A DNA stretch of 64,000 nt from Candidatus Omnitrophota bacterium. GTDB taxonomy: Bacteria > Omnitrophota > Gorgyraeia > Zapsychrales > JANLHA01. This document shows positions 1-7,443 of this stretch, piece by piece. How positions within the stretch are numbered: the stretch's first letter is position 1; each line of letters starts with the position of its first letter. The DNA lies in assembly GCA_020632535.1 (NCBI GenBank), contig JACKFJ010000003.1:166166-230165 (forward strand), given 5' to 3'. The notes beneath the pieces were generated by a model. That model was not told the origin of the DNA, made no database searches, and worked only from the letters and a program-made list of their open reading frames with translations. Position numbers and translations under genes: made by a program.

Positions 1-258
1 AGGATTGTTAACTTCGCCCTTAACCGTCAAAGTCCATTGATCAAGAGAAATCTTCGGGACAACACCTAAATCCAAAACCGGCCAATTGGGAACTTGCCTT
101 TGTCCCGGAGGAAGCGTTGGCATCCCATGACGATTCGGTTTTCCAGTTCCCTGAATATCTCCGTCCGCCAACTTACCACCAGAGAGGATACCGCGCTTTT
201 CTGACGCACGCCGCATCTTGGCTTTAATTATATTTTCATTAAAATATTTTTCGGACAT
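1..258 (-). CDS. Molybdopterin-dependent oxidoreductase (sulfite-oxidase family). Only the N-terminal 86 codons are present; the gene runs off the window edge.
   Basis: Manual reverse translation from the ATG at 258-256 gives MSEKYFNENIIKAKMRRASEKRGILSGGKLADGDIQGTGKPNRHGMPTLPPGQRQVPNWPVLDLGVVPKISLDQWTLTVKGEVNNP, open to position 1. The GQ..P.WPVL..G..P.I....W.L.V.G.V pattern is typical of the N-terminus of sulfite-oxidase-like Moco domains. It is absent from the ORF track because there is no stop in the window. Confidence 0.45.
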   Translation of the reverse strand, partial: MSEKYFNENIIKAKMRRASEKRGILSGGKLADGDIQGTGKPNRHGMPTLPPGQRQVPNWPVLDLGVVPKISLDQWTLTVKGEVNNP

Positions 259-267
259 TATGAAATT

Positions 268-1644
268 CTAGGTATCGATTGCGGCTTTTGCTTTTCGGGC
301 TGCGTTTCGGACAATTTCCGGAAGGGCAGGGTGAATATAAATCATTCTCAAAAGATCATCGAGCGTTGCGTTCATATTCATAAAAGCAATAAGCAAATGA
401 ATCATGTTTGACGCTTCGTCGCCAACAATGTGCGCGCCAATAAGCTTTCGACTCGAACGTTCAACAATAATTTTGACAAAACCACTCTCGGCAAGTAAAG
501 CCATACCCATACCGCTACTGGAATAATTATTCACACCCACAACACAATCAATACCGGCGGCTTTGGCTTGCTCTTGCGTCAAACCGACGCCAGCAATTTG
601 CGGATGTGAAAAAACCGCGTGCGGGACGGGAGGATATTTAATCGCTTGCTTTGACGGTTTGACAAAAATATTTTCAAAAAGATATTCACCCTCAAAATTC
701 GCAGAGTGGCGAAAAAGATAACGACCAATACAATCACCAAATGCATAAACACCATCAACAGTAGTCTGCAAGCAATCATTGACTTTCACAAAACCATTAT
801 CATCAACCTCGATATCCGTGTTTTGCAAATTTAGCGTGTCAGTATTACACGTGACACCAGTTGCGACAAGAAGACTCTCTGCCGAAAGCTCCTTTTGCGC
901 GCCATCCTGAGTATAAAAAACTGTAAACTGACCATTGCTATAAGCGACACGGTTGATTGTCGAATGCAAATGGACATCGTGATATTTTGAAAAAACTTTC
1001 TGAAATTCAGACGCGATTTGTTGATCTTCGTGGCGTAGAAGTGTACTGCGAACAATAAAGTGCACTTCGGTACCGAACGCGGCATACGCAAAGCCCAATT
1101 CCGTCCCGATATAACCACCGCCAAGAACAATCAACTTTTTGGGCAATGTCGTATTTCGTAATGCTTCCGTTGATGTCATAAACGGCGTGCCTTCTAAACC
1201 AGAAATAGAAGGGATTTGCGGGCGAGCGCCGACCGTAATAAAAATTTTGTCAGCGGTGATTTCCTCATTACCAACCTTGATGACTTTATTCGAAATGAAT
1301 TTGCCTTCGCCGGCATAAAATGTAATATTGGGATTGCGAGTGTACCCCGCCGAAATACTTGCAGAATCGCCATCAACCGTCGCGGAAATGCGATTAACAA
1401 GTTTGGCAAAATCAACGGTAAATTTTGGGTCATTATGAATATCAAATTTGCGGGCTTCCCGAACTGCGATTGCCACGTCAGCGGGGTGTATCAACATTTT
1501 CGAAGGGATACAGCCACGATTAAGACATGTCCCTCCCAATGGACCTTTTTCAATGACCGCGACTTTAAGACCCAACTTGGCAGCCGGGGAGGTGATCTTA
1601 CTACCACCGCCAGAACCAATAACAATGACATCAAATTCTCTCAT
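268..1644 (-). CDS. Class I pyridine nucleotide-disulfide oxidoreductase (dihydrolipoyl dehydrogenase / mycothione-glutathione reductase-like flavoprotein)
   Basis: 458-aa ORF with FAD-binding VIVIGSGGGS, redox-active disulfide GGTCLNRGCIPSK, a second Rossmann motif LIVLGGGYIGTELG, and a C-terminal interface motif HPALPE. An AGGAG RBS lies upstream. Confidence 0.8.
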   Translation of the reverse strand: MREFDVIVIGSGGGSKITSPAAKLGLKVAVIEKGPLGGTCLNRGCIPSKMLIHPADVAIAVREARKFDIHNDPKFTVDFAKLVNRISATVDGDSASISAGYTRNPNITFYAGEGKFISNKVIKVGNEEITADKIFITVGARPQIPSISGLEGTPFMTSTEALRNTTLPKKLIVLGGGYIGTELGFAYAAFGTEVHFIVRSTLLRHEDQQIASEFQKVFSKYHDVHLHSTINRVAYSNGQFTVFYTQDGAQKELSAESLLVATGVTCNTDTLNLQNTDIEVDDNGFVKVNDCLQTTVDGVYAFGDCIGRYLFRHSANFEGEYLFENIFVKPSKQAIKYPPVPHAVFSHPQIAGVGLTQEQAKAAGIDCVVGVNNYSSSGMGMALLAESGFVKIIVERSSRKLIGAHIVGDEASNMIHLLIAFMNMNATLDDLLRMIYIHPALPEIVRNAARKAKAAIDT

Positions 1645-1662
1645 ATCATTCTCCTCTTAAGC

Positions 1663-1754
1663 AGTCATATTATTCCTTCCTTGGCTCAAACAATGTCTCG
1701 CGCTCTCACAAAAGTTCGAGGCTCGCCAAACTCGCCGGAAGGAATAATATGACT
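1663..1754. repeat. Perfect 18-bp inverted repeat (AGTCATATTATTCCTTCC / GGAAGGAATAATATGACT) enclosing a 56-nt GC-rich core, between the dus stop and the RBS of the flavoprotein gene
   Basis: Arms at 1663-1680 and 1737-1754 are exact reverse complements. The core contains TCTCGCGCTCTC and a nested TTGGC...GCCAA pairing. There is no T-run on the transcribed (minus) strand. Confidence 0.85.
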
Positions 1755-1757
1755 TGC

Positions 1758-2732
1758 TTATACAGCAATAAGAACATGCTCGTCTAAATATTGATAAAGA
1801 CGTTTGGTGATAATTTCCAAATCCGTCATTTGCATCAAGTCCGCGCGCAATTTCGCAATGTTCGGCTGACCATGAAAATAACCCACATAATATTTGCGGA
1901 ATTCGATAATGCCGCGATTCAAACCCTTATATTGAATACTTAATTCCAAATGACGCAAACACAACTTAACGCGTTCCTCAAGAGAAGCAGGCGGCATCAT
2001 TTCCCCGGTCGCTAAATAATATTTGGCTTCCCGAAAAAGAAAAGGATTCATAATCGCGCCGCGACCAATCATAACCGCGTCACATCCGGTTTCAAGCATG
2101 GCTCGGACATCATAGGCTGTGGCCACATCACCATTACCGATTAAAGGAATCGAAATTGCTTTGCGAATCTTTTCCAACCAGCGCCAATCCGCTAACCCCT
2201 TATAACCTTGAACACGCGTTCGGCAATGAATCGTAAGCGCCGCGACACCAATTGATTCAAGCATTTTAGCAACATCAACAATCACAATCGAATTGTCATC
2301 CCAGCCCAAACGTGTCTTAACCGTCACAGGCAATTTCGTCCCGCGCATCGTCGCTTTGACAATTCTTTCAAATTGCGGAATGTCTCGCAATAACCCAGCA
2401 CATTCACACCGCTGCACATGATTTTTGACCCAACACCCACAATTGATATCAATAAAATTTGGATTAAAACTTTCTGCAACTCGAGCCGCGCCTTCCATCG
2501 ACGCCTCGACACCACCATAGATTTGAATACCGACTGGGCGTTCCTCGTCACAAATCTTAATTTTACGTAAGGCCTTGGGGATATCGCGAATCAATGCTTC
2601 GCTACTAGTAAATTCCGTGTAGACAATGTCAGCGCCTAATTCACGCGAAATGCGGCGAAAAGAGAGATCCGTCACGTCTTCCATAGGAGCAAGACAAAGA
2701 GGCTTATCAAGATTAATATCGCCAATTTTCAT
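1758..2732 (-). CDS. dus: tRNA-dihydrouridine synthase
   Basis: 324 aa with the Dus family N-terminus LAPMEDVTDLSFRRI, a TIM-barrel FMN region (INCGCW, TVKTRLGWD, HCRTR) and a C-terminal helical domain. Confidence 0.9.
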   Translation of the reverse strand: MKIGDINLDKPLCLAPMEDVTDLSFRRISRELGADIVYTEFTSSEALIRDIPKALRKIKICDEERPVGIQIYGGVEASMEGAARVAESFNPNFIDINCGCWVKNHVQRCECAGLLRDIPQFERIVKATMRGTKLPVTVKTRLGWDDNSIVIVDVAKMLESIGVAALTIHCRTRVQGYKGLADWRWLEKIRKAISIPLIGNGDVATAYDVRAMLETGCDAVMIGRGAIMNPFLFREAKYYLATGEMMPPASLEERVKLCLRHLELSIQYKGLNRGIIEFRKYYVGYFHGQPNIAKLRADLMQMTDLEIITKRLYQYLDEHVLIAV

Positions 2733-2812
2733 AGTAATTTCCTCAATTACTTCCTGTGTAATTACGATAGGACTGACTTCTTCTTTTAGTTAGGAAAAGT
2801 CAGTACATAATT

Positions 2813-3010
2813 TTAGTCGAATAAAAAATGTTGAACTGGGGTAAAAATTTGATCAATATGTGTTCCGGTCATAACACGAAAACCTGCATAGACAACCGCA
2901 ATACCGATCAAAATAAAAATCTTTTCCCAAAAATTTTGTCGTTCCACAATCAAAAACCATGACGCCAAAAGCAAAGCAAAAACTATGAGAATCACAGGTT
3001 TTGGAATCAA
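2813..3010 (-). CDS. Small two-TM membrane protein, function unknown
   Basis: 65-aa ORF with two hydrophobic spans. It sits in its own intergenic slot. No motif recognised. Confidence 0.3.
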   Translation of the reverse strand: MIPKPVILIVFALLLASWFLIVERQNFWEKIFILIGIAVVYAGFRVMTGTHIDQIFTPVQHFLFD

Positions 3011-3063
3011 TTTTACATCCTCCGATTTGAGAGTCAGTATATCCTATTTTATCAATATTGCAA

Positions 3064-4350
3064 ATGCCGGATAATTATAGTACTGTGTGTGTTGTGAACA
3101 ATACCAACCCCCTAATTCCGACTGAATCCGCCCTCCGCCGCGGCATCAAAGCCGTCGGAATCGGCAAAAAAGGAAGCCGCTCGCTAAACCGTGATTTGGC
3201 ATTGGAAATTTTTGCCGAATTGCAGCAAGGCCAATTTAAAGAAGCCGAAATTGCCGCTTTTTTTGCCGCACTATTTATCAAAGGACCAACTGCCGATGAG
3301 ATTTTATTAGCTGATTATTTCCCTACTGGAACATTTGCTGATGCCGCCAAATTAACTCACGCCCTCTGTAACGATGCGCCCGCAGACATTAAAGATATTT
3401 GCGTAAAATTGCTCCAACAGAAAGATTTAAACAAGGGGGACGCATACACGTTAGGAAAATTTTTGTTATCCCCACAAAAAGGTGATGGCGCCAGAGGATT
3501 AGCATCAATCGTATTGCGTGTCCGCTACGAAACCACAGAAGAATACTTGAGTTTGCTTCAAGCCGCAACGGAAACCATTCATCACGCTTTCCGTGGATCC
3601 GTGCCCAAGGGACAGCCAATCATTCAAATCAGCGAACCTTTTGACGGCGTCGATCACAATTACATGATAACGCCGTGTTTATCACAATCGCTACAAACAC
3701 ATTACCGTGTCATTTCCCTCGTCGGGCGCAATAGCGGGCCAAAAGATGGAAATAATTTGTACGACTTAGCGCAAAAACTTGGGCTTACCTTTCTTACCAA
3801 CAATAGTTTGCTTACCGAACAAAAACCTTACGGTGGTTTTTATATTGACCAAAAGGATTTATCGCCCATTCTTGACCGCTGGGTTGATCTGCGTCATGAA
3901 ATTATCAAACGCCCGTTTCTCGCAACATTGGAAAAATTTCTCGACCCTTGCAAAGCCGACATTATAATCACGTCCGCGTTTCACGGCGCGTATGGTGAAA
4001 AAATGGCGGACATCGCTGAAGGTTCAGGCTTCAAAGGTTCCATTGTCGTCCGCAATGGAGTGGAGGGAAGCATCGCTTTTCCACTGACACGTCCGGCAAA
4101 GATTCTCTGCTCCGCTCGCCAATCGAACGGCCAATATTTGCGTAAAGAATTTATTTTTGATGCGGCACAATTTTTTGGTACCGAAATGCCTTTTGAACAG
4201 AAACTCGATAATCCTTCGCTTGATATCAACGCCACTCTTGTAAAAGAATTCTTAGAAAATGGCCAAACCAGCAACAACGAATTTGACCGTCGTATCGCTG
4301 TCACGTGCGATGGGATCAGGCAAGCTGCGGAGTGGATCCTTAATCATTAA
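3064..4350 (+). CDS. Anthranilate phosphoribosyltransferase-like (glycosyltransferase family 3 fold) protein with a degenerate active-site motif
   Basis: The N-terminal helical-domain pattern (SRSLNRDLALEIFAELQQG...AEIAAFFAALFIKGPTADEI) resembles TrpD. VGRNSGPKDGNNLYDLAQKLGL aligns with the HGNRS..GSADVLEALG block. The canonical GTGGDG loop is replaced by SEPFDGVDHN. An ATG at 3064 is preferred over the TTG at 3058. Confidence 0.5.
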   Translation: MPDNYSTVCVVNNTNPLIPTESALRRGIKAVGIGKKGSRSLNRDLALEIFAELQQGQFKEAEIAAFFAALFIKGPTADEILLADYFPTGTFADAAKLTHALCNDAPADIKDICVKLLQQKDLNKGDAYTLGKFLLSPQKGDGARGLASIVLRVRYETTEEYLSLLQAATETIHHAFRGSVPKGQPIIQISEPFDGVDHNYMITPCLSQSLQTHYRVISLVGRNSGPKDGNNLYDLAQKLGLTFLTNNSLLTEQKPYGGFYIDQKDLSPILDRWVDLRHEIIKRPFLATLEKFLDPCKADIIITSAFHGAYGEKMADIAEGSGFKGSIVVRNGVEGSIAFPLTRPAKILCSARQSNGQYLRKEFIFDAAQFFGTEMPFEQKLDNPSLDINATLVKEFLENGQTSNNEFDRRIAVTCDGIRQAAEWILNH

Positions 4351-4412
4351 TGGATTCCCGCTAAAAAATTGCGCCCTCGTACCGGGTGCTTTCAAATGTC
4401 GCGGGAATGACA
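4351..4412. repeat. REP-like palindromic element, copy 1 (TGGATTCCCGC ... GCGGGAATGACA)
   Basis: ATTCCCGC (4354-4361) pairs with GCGGGAAT (4401-4408). The 39-nt loop carries a nested GC hairpin. The same termini recur at 42391-42425 and 47413-47445. Confidence 0.8.
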
Positions 4413-4426
4413 AGACAGGGGGAAAA

Positions 4427-4783
4427 ATGATCTGGGCAAAACTAGCGAGTTTACTTTTATTTTTAGGTGTCGCGTTTGGCGCTTTTGGCGCGCATGCGTT
4501 ACGAGACAAACTCTCGCCACACGCCCTCGACATTTTTAAAACCGCCGTCTTATACCACATGCTTCATGCCTTAGGTCTTTTCGCTATTGCTTGGATCAGT
4601 ACGCAAACCAATGACCCACGAATTTCTTGGGCCGGATGGCTGCTCACATTCGGAATCGTTTTTTTCTCGGGAAGCCTCTATCTTTTAGCCATGACTGATG
4701 TTAAAATTTTAGGAGCAATAACACCATTAGGGGGATTAGCTTTTCTAGCAGGATGGCTCATCTTATTCCTAGTAATCAAATGA
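4427..4783 (+). CDS. DUF423 (YgdD-like) membrane protein
   Basis: The start was moved to the internal ATG at 4427, downstream of the REP element. MIWAKLASLLLFLGVAFGAFGAHAL... with four TM spans is the typical DUF423 layout. Confidence 0.65.
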   Translation: MIWAKLASLLLFLGVAFGAFGAHALRDKLSPHALDIFKTAVLYHMLHALGLFAIAWISTQTNDPRISWAGWLLTFGIVFFSGSLYLLAMTDVKILGAITPLGGLAFLAGWLILFLVIK

Positions 4784-4839
4784 GCAAAAATTGATTTTTT
4801 TGTTTTGTTGTGTTTAAATCTACGCTACAGTAAGCCAAT

Positions 4840-5751
4840 ATGAGAATTTACATTCACATCTGTGTCGGCCTTATCTTGCAAAGTTGCTTAGCCACCCAAA
4901 GCCAAGCCGCATTTGTCAGTTACCGTGATGATAGCGGTAAACTCCATTACGTCAACACTGATTACCGTAAAGTTCCCGATCAATATAAAGACCAAATTAA
5001 AGGACAAATCGAAGAACCCAGCGAAACCCAACAAACAGGTGAATCGCCCAACAACCAGTTTGGCGTAACAATGACTTTTCCACGCGCGAAAGCATCTTCA
5101 TCTAATAATCAAGCCTCACAAAATGAACCCATTACACATGAAGATCGATTCAACCGACTGCTGATTGCGATTGACACCCTCCATAAAAGAAATATCCTTC
5201 CTTCATATGTCAACATCAATGAAGGCGCTGTTTATTATGAAGACAATGAAGGAAAAAATCATTACGTTACCGCGGAAAACTTTGCAGATATTCCTGAAGA
5301 ATATCTTCCACAAATTGATACACAAATCACAGCCTTTGAAAACCTTGCCCGTCAAAGTGAAAAAGAAATGCCACTGATCTCCGGAACAACTAATGTTGAA
5401 GTTTTTACTAAATTAAATTGTCGAGAATGTGTCAGATTACAAACATTGCTTCAAGTCCATAAAATCTCTTTTATAACATATGATGTTGAACAATCTACAC
5501 AGGGAAAAGATTTCTATAAATCAATGAATAATGCGGCTTTGCCTTTAACGCGCGTGGGACAAACAATTATTGCTGGAAATAATATTTCCGATATCAAAAA
5601 AGCACTCGACATGAACGCTACTCAACAACAATTTCCCAACACAAACCTGACAGAAAAACCGACCACCACAGACTATCAAACAAACCCCAAAATGGAATAT
5701 ACCCCGGGACAACACTTCAAAATTCAACCTTTGCTAGGACAAAAACAATGA
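4840..5751 (+). CDS. Secreted protein with two DUF4124-like repeats and a C-terminal glutaredoxin-like domain
   Basis: Signal peptide (ATQSQA|AF). Repeated Y(R/E)D(D/N)xGKxHYV...(I/V)P(D/E)(Q/E)Y modules are present. A thioredoxin-fold segment VEVFTKLNCRECVRLQTLLQVHKISFITYDVE carries a CxxC. Confidence 0.5.
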   Translation: MRIYIHICVGLILQSCLATQSQAAFVSYRDDSGKLHYVNTDYRKVPDQYKDQIKGQIEEPSETQQTGESPNNQFGVTMTFPRAKASSSNNQASQNEPITHEDRFNRLLIAIDTLHKRNILPSYVNINEGAVYYEDNEGKNHYVTAENFADIPEEYLPQIDTQITAFENLARQSEKEMPLISGTTNVEVFTKLNCRECVRLQTLLQVHKISFITYDVEQSTQGKDFYKSMNNAALPLTRVGQTIIAGNNISDIKKALDMNATQQQFPNTNLTEKPTTTDYQTNPKMEYTPGQHFKIQPLLGQKQ

Positions 5752-6137
5752 AAAATAAGATTGGATTTACGCTCGTTGAAATCATGATCGTCGTTGCAAT
5801 TGTCGCGCTCTTAGCTACCATTGCCATGCCGAATCTTATTAAGGCCCGAATTCAGGCCAATGAAACGTCAGCTCAAGCAACATTAAGGACAATTTCCAGC
5901 TCTATGGAAAATTATTATGCGCTTAACAATGTCTATCCACCCAATACAACTTCTTTAAACGGCGCGACACCACCCTATCTAAGCACCGATTTCTTCTCGG
6001 CAGGCCGCAATGGATATTCATATACTGTGACGGTGTTAAGCGCCTATTCATATTTTATAACTGCAGTGCCCATCAGCAGTAATACCGGCACACACAGCTA
6101 TACAATTGCGACCGGTGCGGTTCTGGAAGCCTTCTAA
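5748..6137 (+). CDS. Prepilin-type (type IV pilin / T2SS pseudopilin-like) protein
   Basis: N-terminal cleavage/methylation motif KIG|FTLVEIMIVVAIVALLATIAMPN. The ATGA overlap with the upstream gene stop indicates translational coupling. Confidence 0.8.
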   Translation: MKNKIGFTLVEIMIVVAIVALLATIAMPNLIKARIQANETSAQATLRTISSSMENYYALNNVYPPNTTSLNGATPPYLSTDFFSAGRNGYSYTVTVLSAYSYFITAVPISSNTGTHSYTIATGAVLEAF

Positions 6138-6185
6138 AATGACAATCACGCACGTGAGAGCAATAATATTGAGATCAACAATATA

Positions 6186-6890
6186 ATGTTAAAGACTTTT
6201 TCCTTATTTATTTTAATTCTTATCACTTACGTGTCTTGCCGCCAAGCTTGGTATATTAACCGACTTAGCAAAAAAGTTGATTTTACCGCCCAACCTTTCC
6301 AAAGGAACATTCCCAACGCCTCACTAAAAGTCCTTTTTTTAGGAGACAGTACTGCAGTTGGAAGTGGTAGTCAAACCCCGGAAACATCGACATCAGGCTG
6401 GTTTTCAAAAGATTTTCCAAATGCCTCAATTGAAAATATCAGTGAAAACGGTATTAAAATAAGCGCCTTAATCCCTAAATTAGATCAGTTAAAGAGTGAC
6501 CATTATGATATTGTCATTATGCATATCGGCGGCAATGATATTATCCGTTTAACGTCTTCTAAAAAAATTGAAAGTGATATTCGAACCGTTATCAATTTTC
6601 TAAAGCCAAGAGCAAAGCAAATTATTTTTTTACACTCTGGCGACATTGGCAAATCTAAATTCTTTATCTGGCCCTTTAACTTAATTATTTCCGCGCGCTC
6701 CTATAATATGCGCAAAATATACAAAAAAGTCGCAGAAGATACCGGTACAAATTACGTCGATTTAATCGCAATGGAAACAAGCAAGACTTTTGCCGCGAAA
6801 CCCGAAGAATATTACGCTCCTGATCAACTGCACTTGACGGGAAAGGGATATCGTCTTTGGTATGATATGATACGAGCGCAAATCCGATGA
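6186..6890 (+). CDS. SGNH/GDSL-family hydrolase
   Basis: Block I FLGDSTAVGSG, block III HIGGNDI and block V DQLHLT are present, with an N-terminal signal anchor. Confidence 0.75.
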   Translation: MLKTFSLFILILITYVSCRQAWYINRLSKKVDFTAQPFQRNIPNASLKVLFLGDSTAVGSGSQTPETSTSGWFSKDFPNASIENISENGIKISALIPKLDQLKSDHYDIVIMHIGGNDIIRLTSSKKIESDIRTVINFLKPRAKQIIFLHSGDIGKSKFFIWPFNLIISARSYNMRKIYKKVAEDTGTNYVDLIAMETSKTFAAKPEEYYAPDQLHLTGKGYRLWYDMIRAQIR

Positions 6891-7129
6891 GTGCCCTGAT
6901 TAGTAATACTTTGGGATGGATAGGAACGACATTATTTCTTATAGCCTATTATCTTGTCTCTAACAAAAAAATAGATGCGACTGGAAAATCATTTCAATTG
7001 ATTAATCTCGCTGGTGCGCTTTGCTTAGGCATCAATGTTTTCCACCAAAAGGCATGGGCAGCATTGGGACTTGAAGTGGCATGGGCCACAATAGCAATTC
7101 TCGCTTTAACAAAAAGACGGAATACTTAA
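6887..7129 (+). CDS. Small three-TM membrane protein
   Basis: 80 aa with three hydrophobic spans. Its start overlaps the upstream stop by 4 nt. Confidence 0.4.
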   Translation: MSALISNTLGWIGTTLFLIAYYLVSNKKIDATGKSFQLINLAGALCLGINVFHQKAWAALGLEVAWATIAILALTKRRNT

Positions 7130-7130
7130 A

Positions 7131-7391
7131 ATGGTGACTTGGGACAAAGATACAGAAATAAAGTTCGCGCAGTTAATAGAGAAAATCCCAGTTTTTCTCC
7201 GTGGGATCGCACAGGAAAAAATTCTTAAAAAAGCCGAAACTCTGGCGACAACTGACAATCGCACGGAAATCACTAAGAAGGATATGATTGATGCTTTTTT
7301 TACCGAAACACCATTTGGTTTTCACGGTCCTATGAAAAATGATATGATTAGTGTGGGTATTGATTACACAAAATATGGATACGATAAATAA
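7131..7391 (+). CDS. PCP-reductase C-terminal-domain-like small protein
   Basis: W-DKDTE..F..LIEKIPVFLRGIAQEKILKKAE...ITKKDMIDAF matches the stand-alone PCP_red (ChlB/BchB C-terminal) helical-domain pattern. It starts 1 nt after the preceding stop. Confidence 0.5.
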   Translation: MVTWDKDTEIKFAQLIEKIPVFLRGIAQEKILKKAETLATTDNRTEITKKDMIDAFFTETPFGFHGPMKNDMISVGIDYTKYGYDK

Positions 7392-7443
7392 AAAAACAAT
7401 ATAATCCTGTTTCCAATTCAAAAAATGATTAAAATAGATTCCT

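Noticed and set aside
1216-1752. 178-aa plus-strand ORF overlapping the flavoprotein gene.
   Set aside because: It is fully antisense to a gene with clear FAD/NAD and redox-disulfide motifs. Its 3' end simply reads through the 18-bp inverted repeat.
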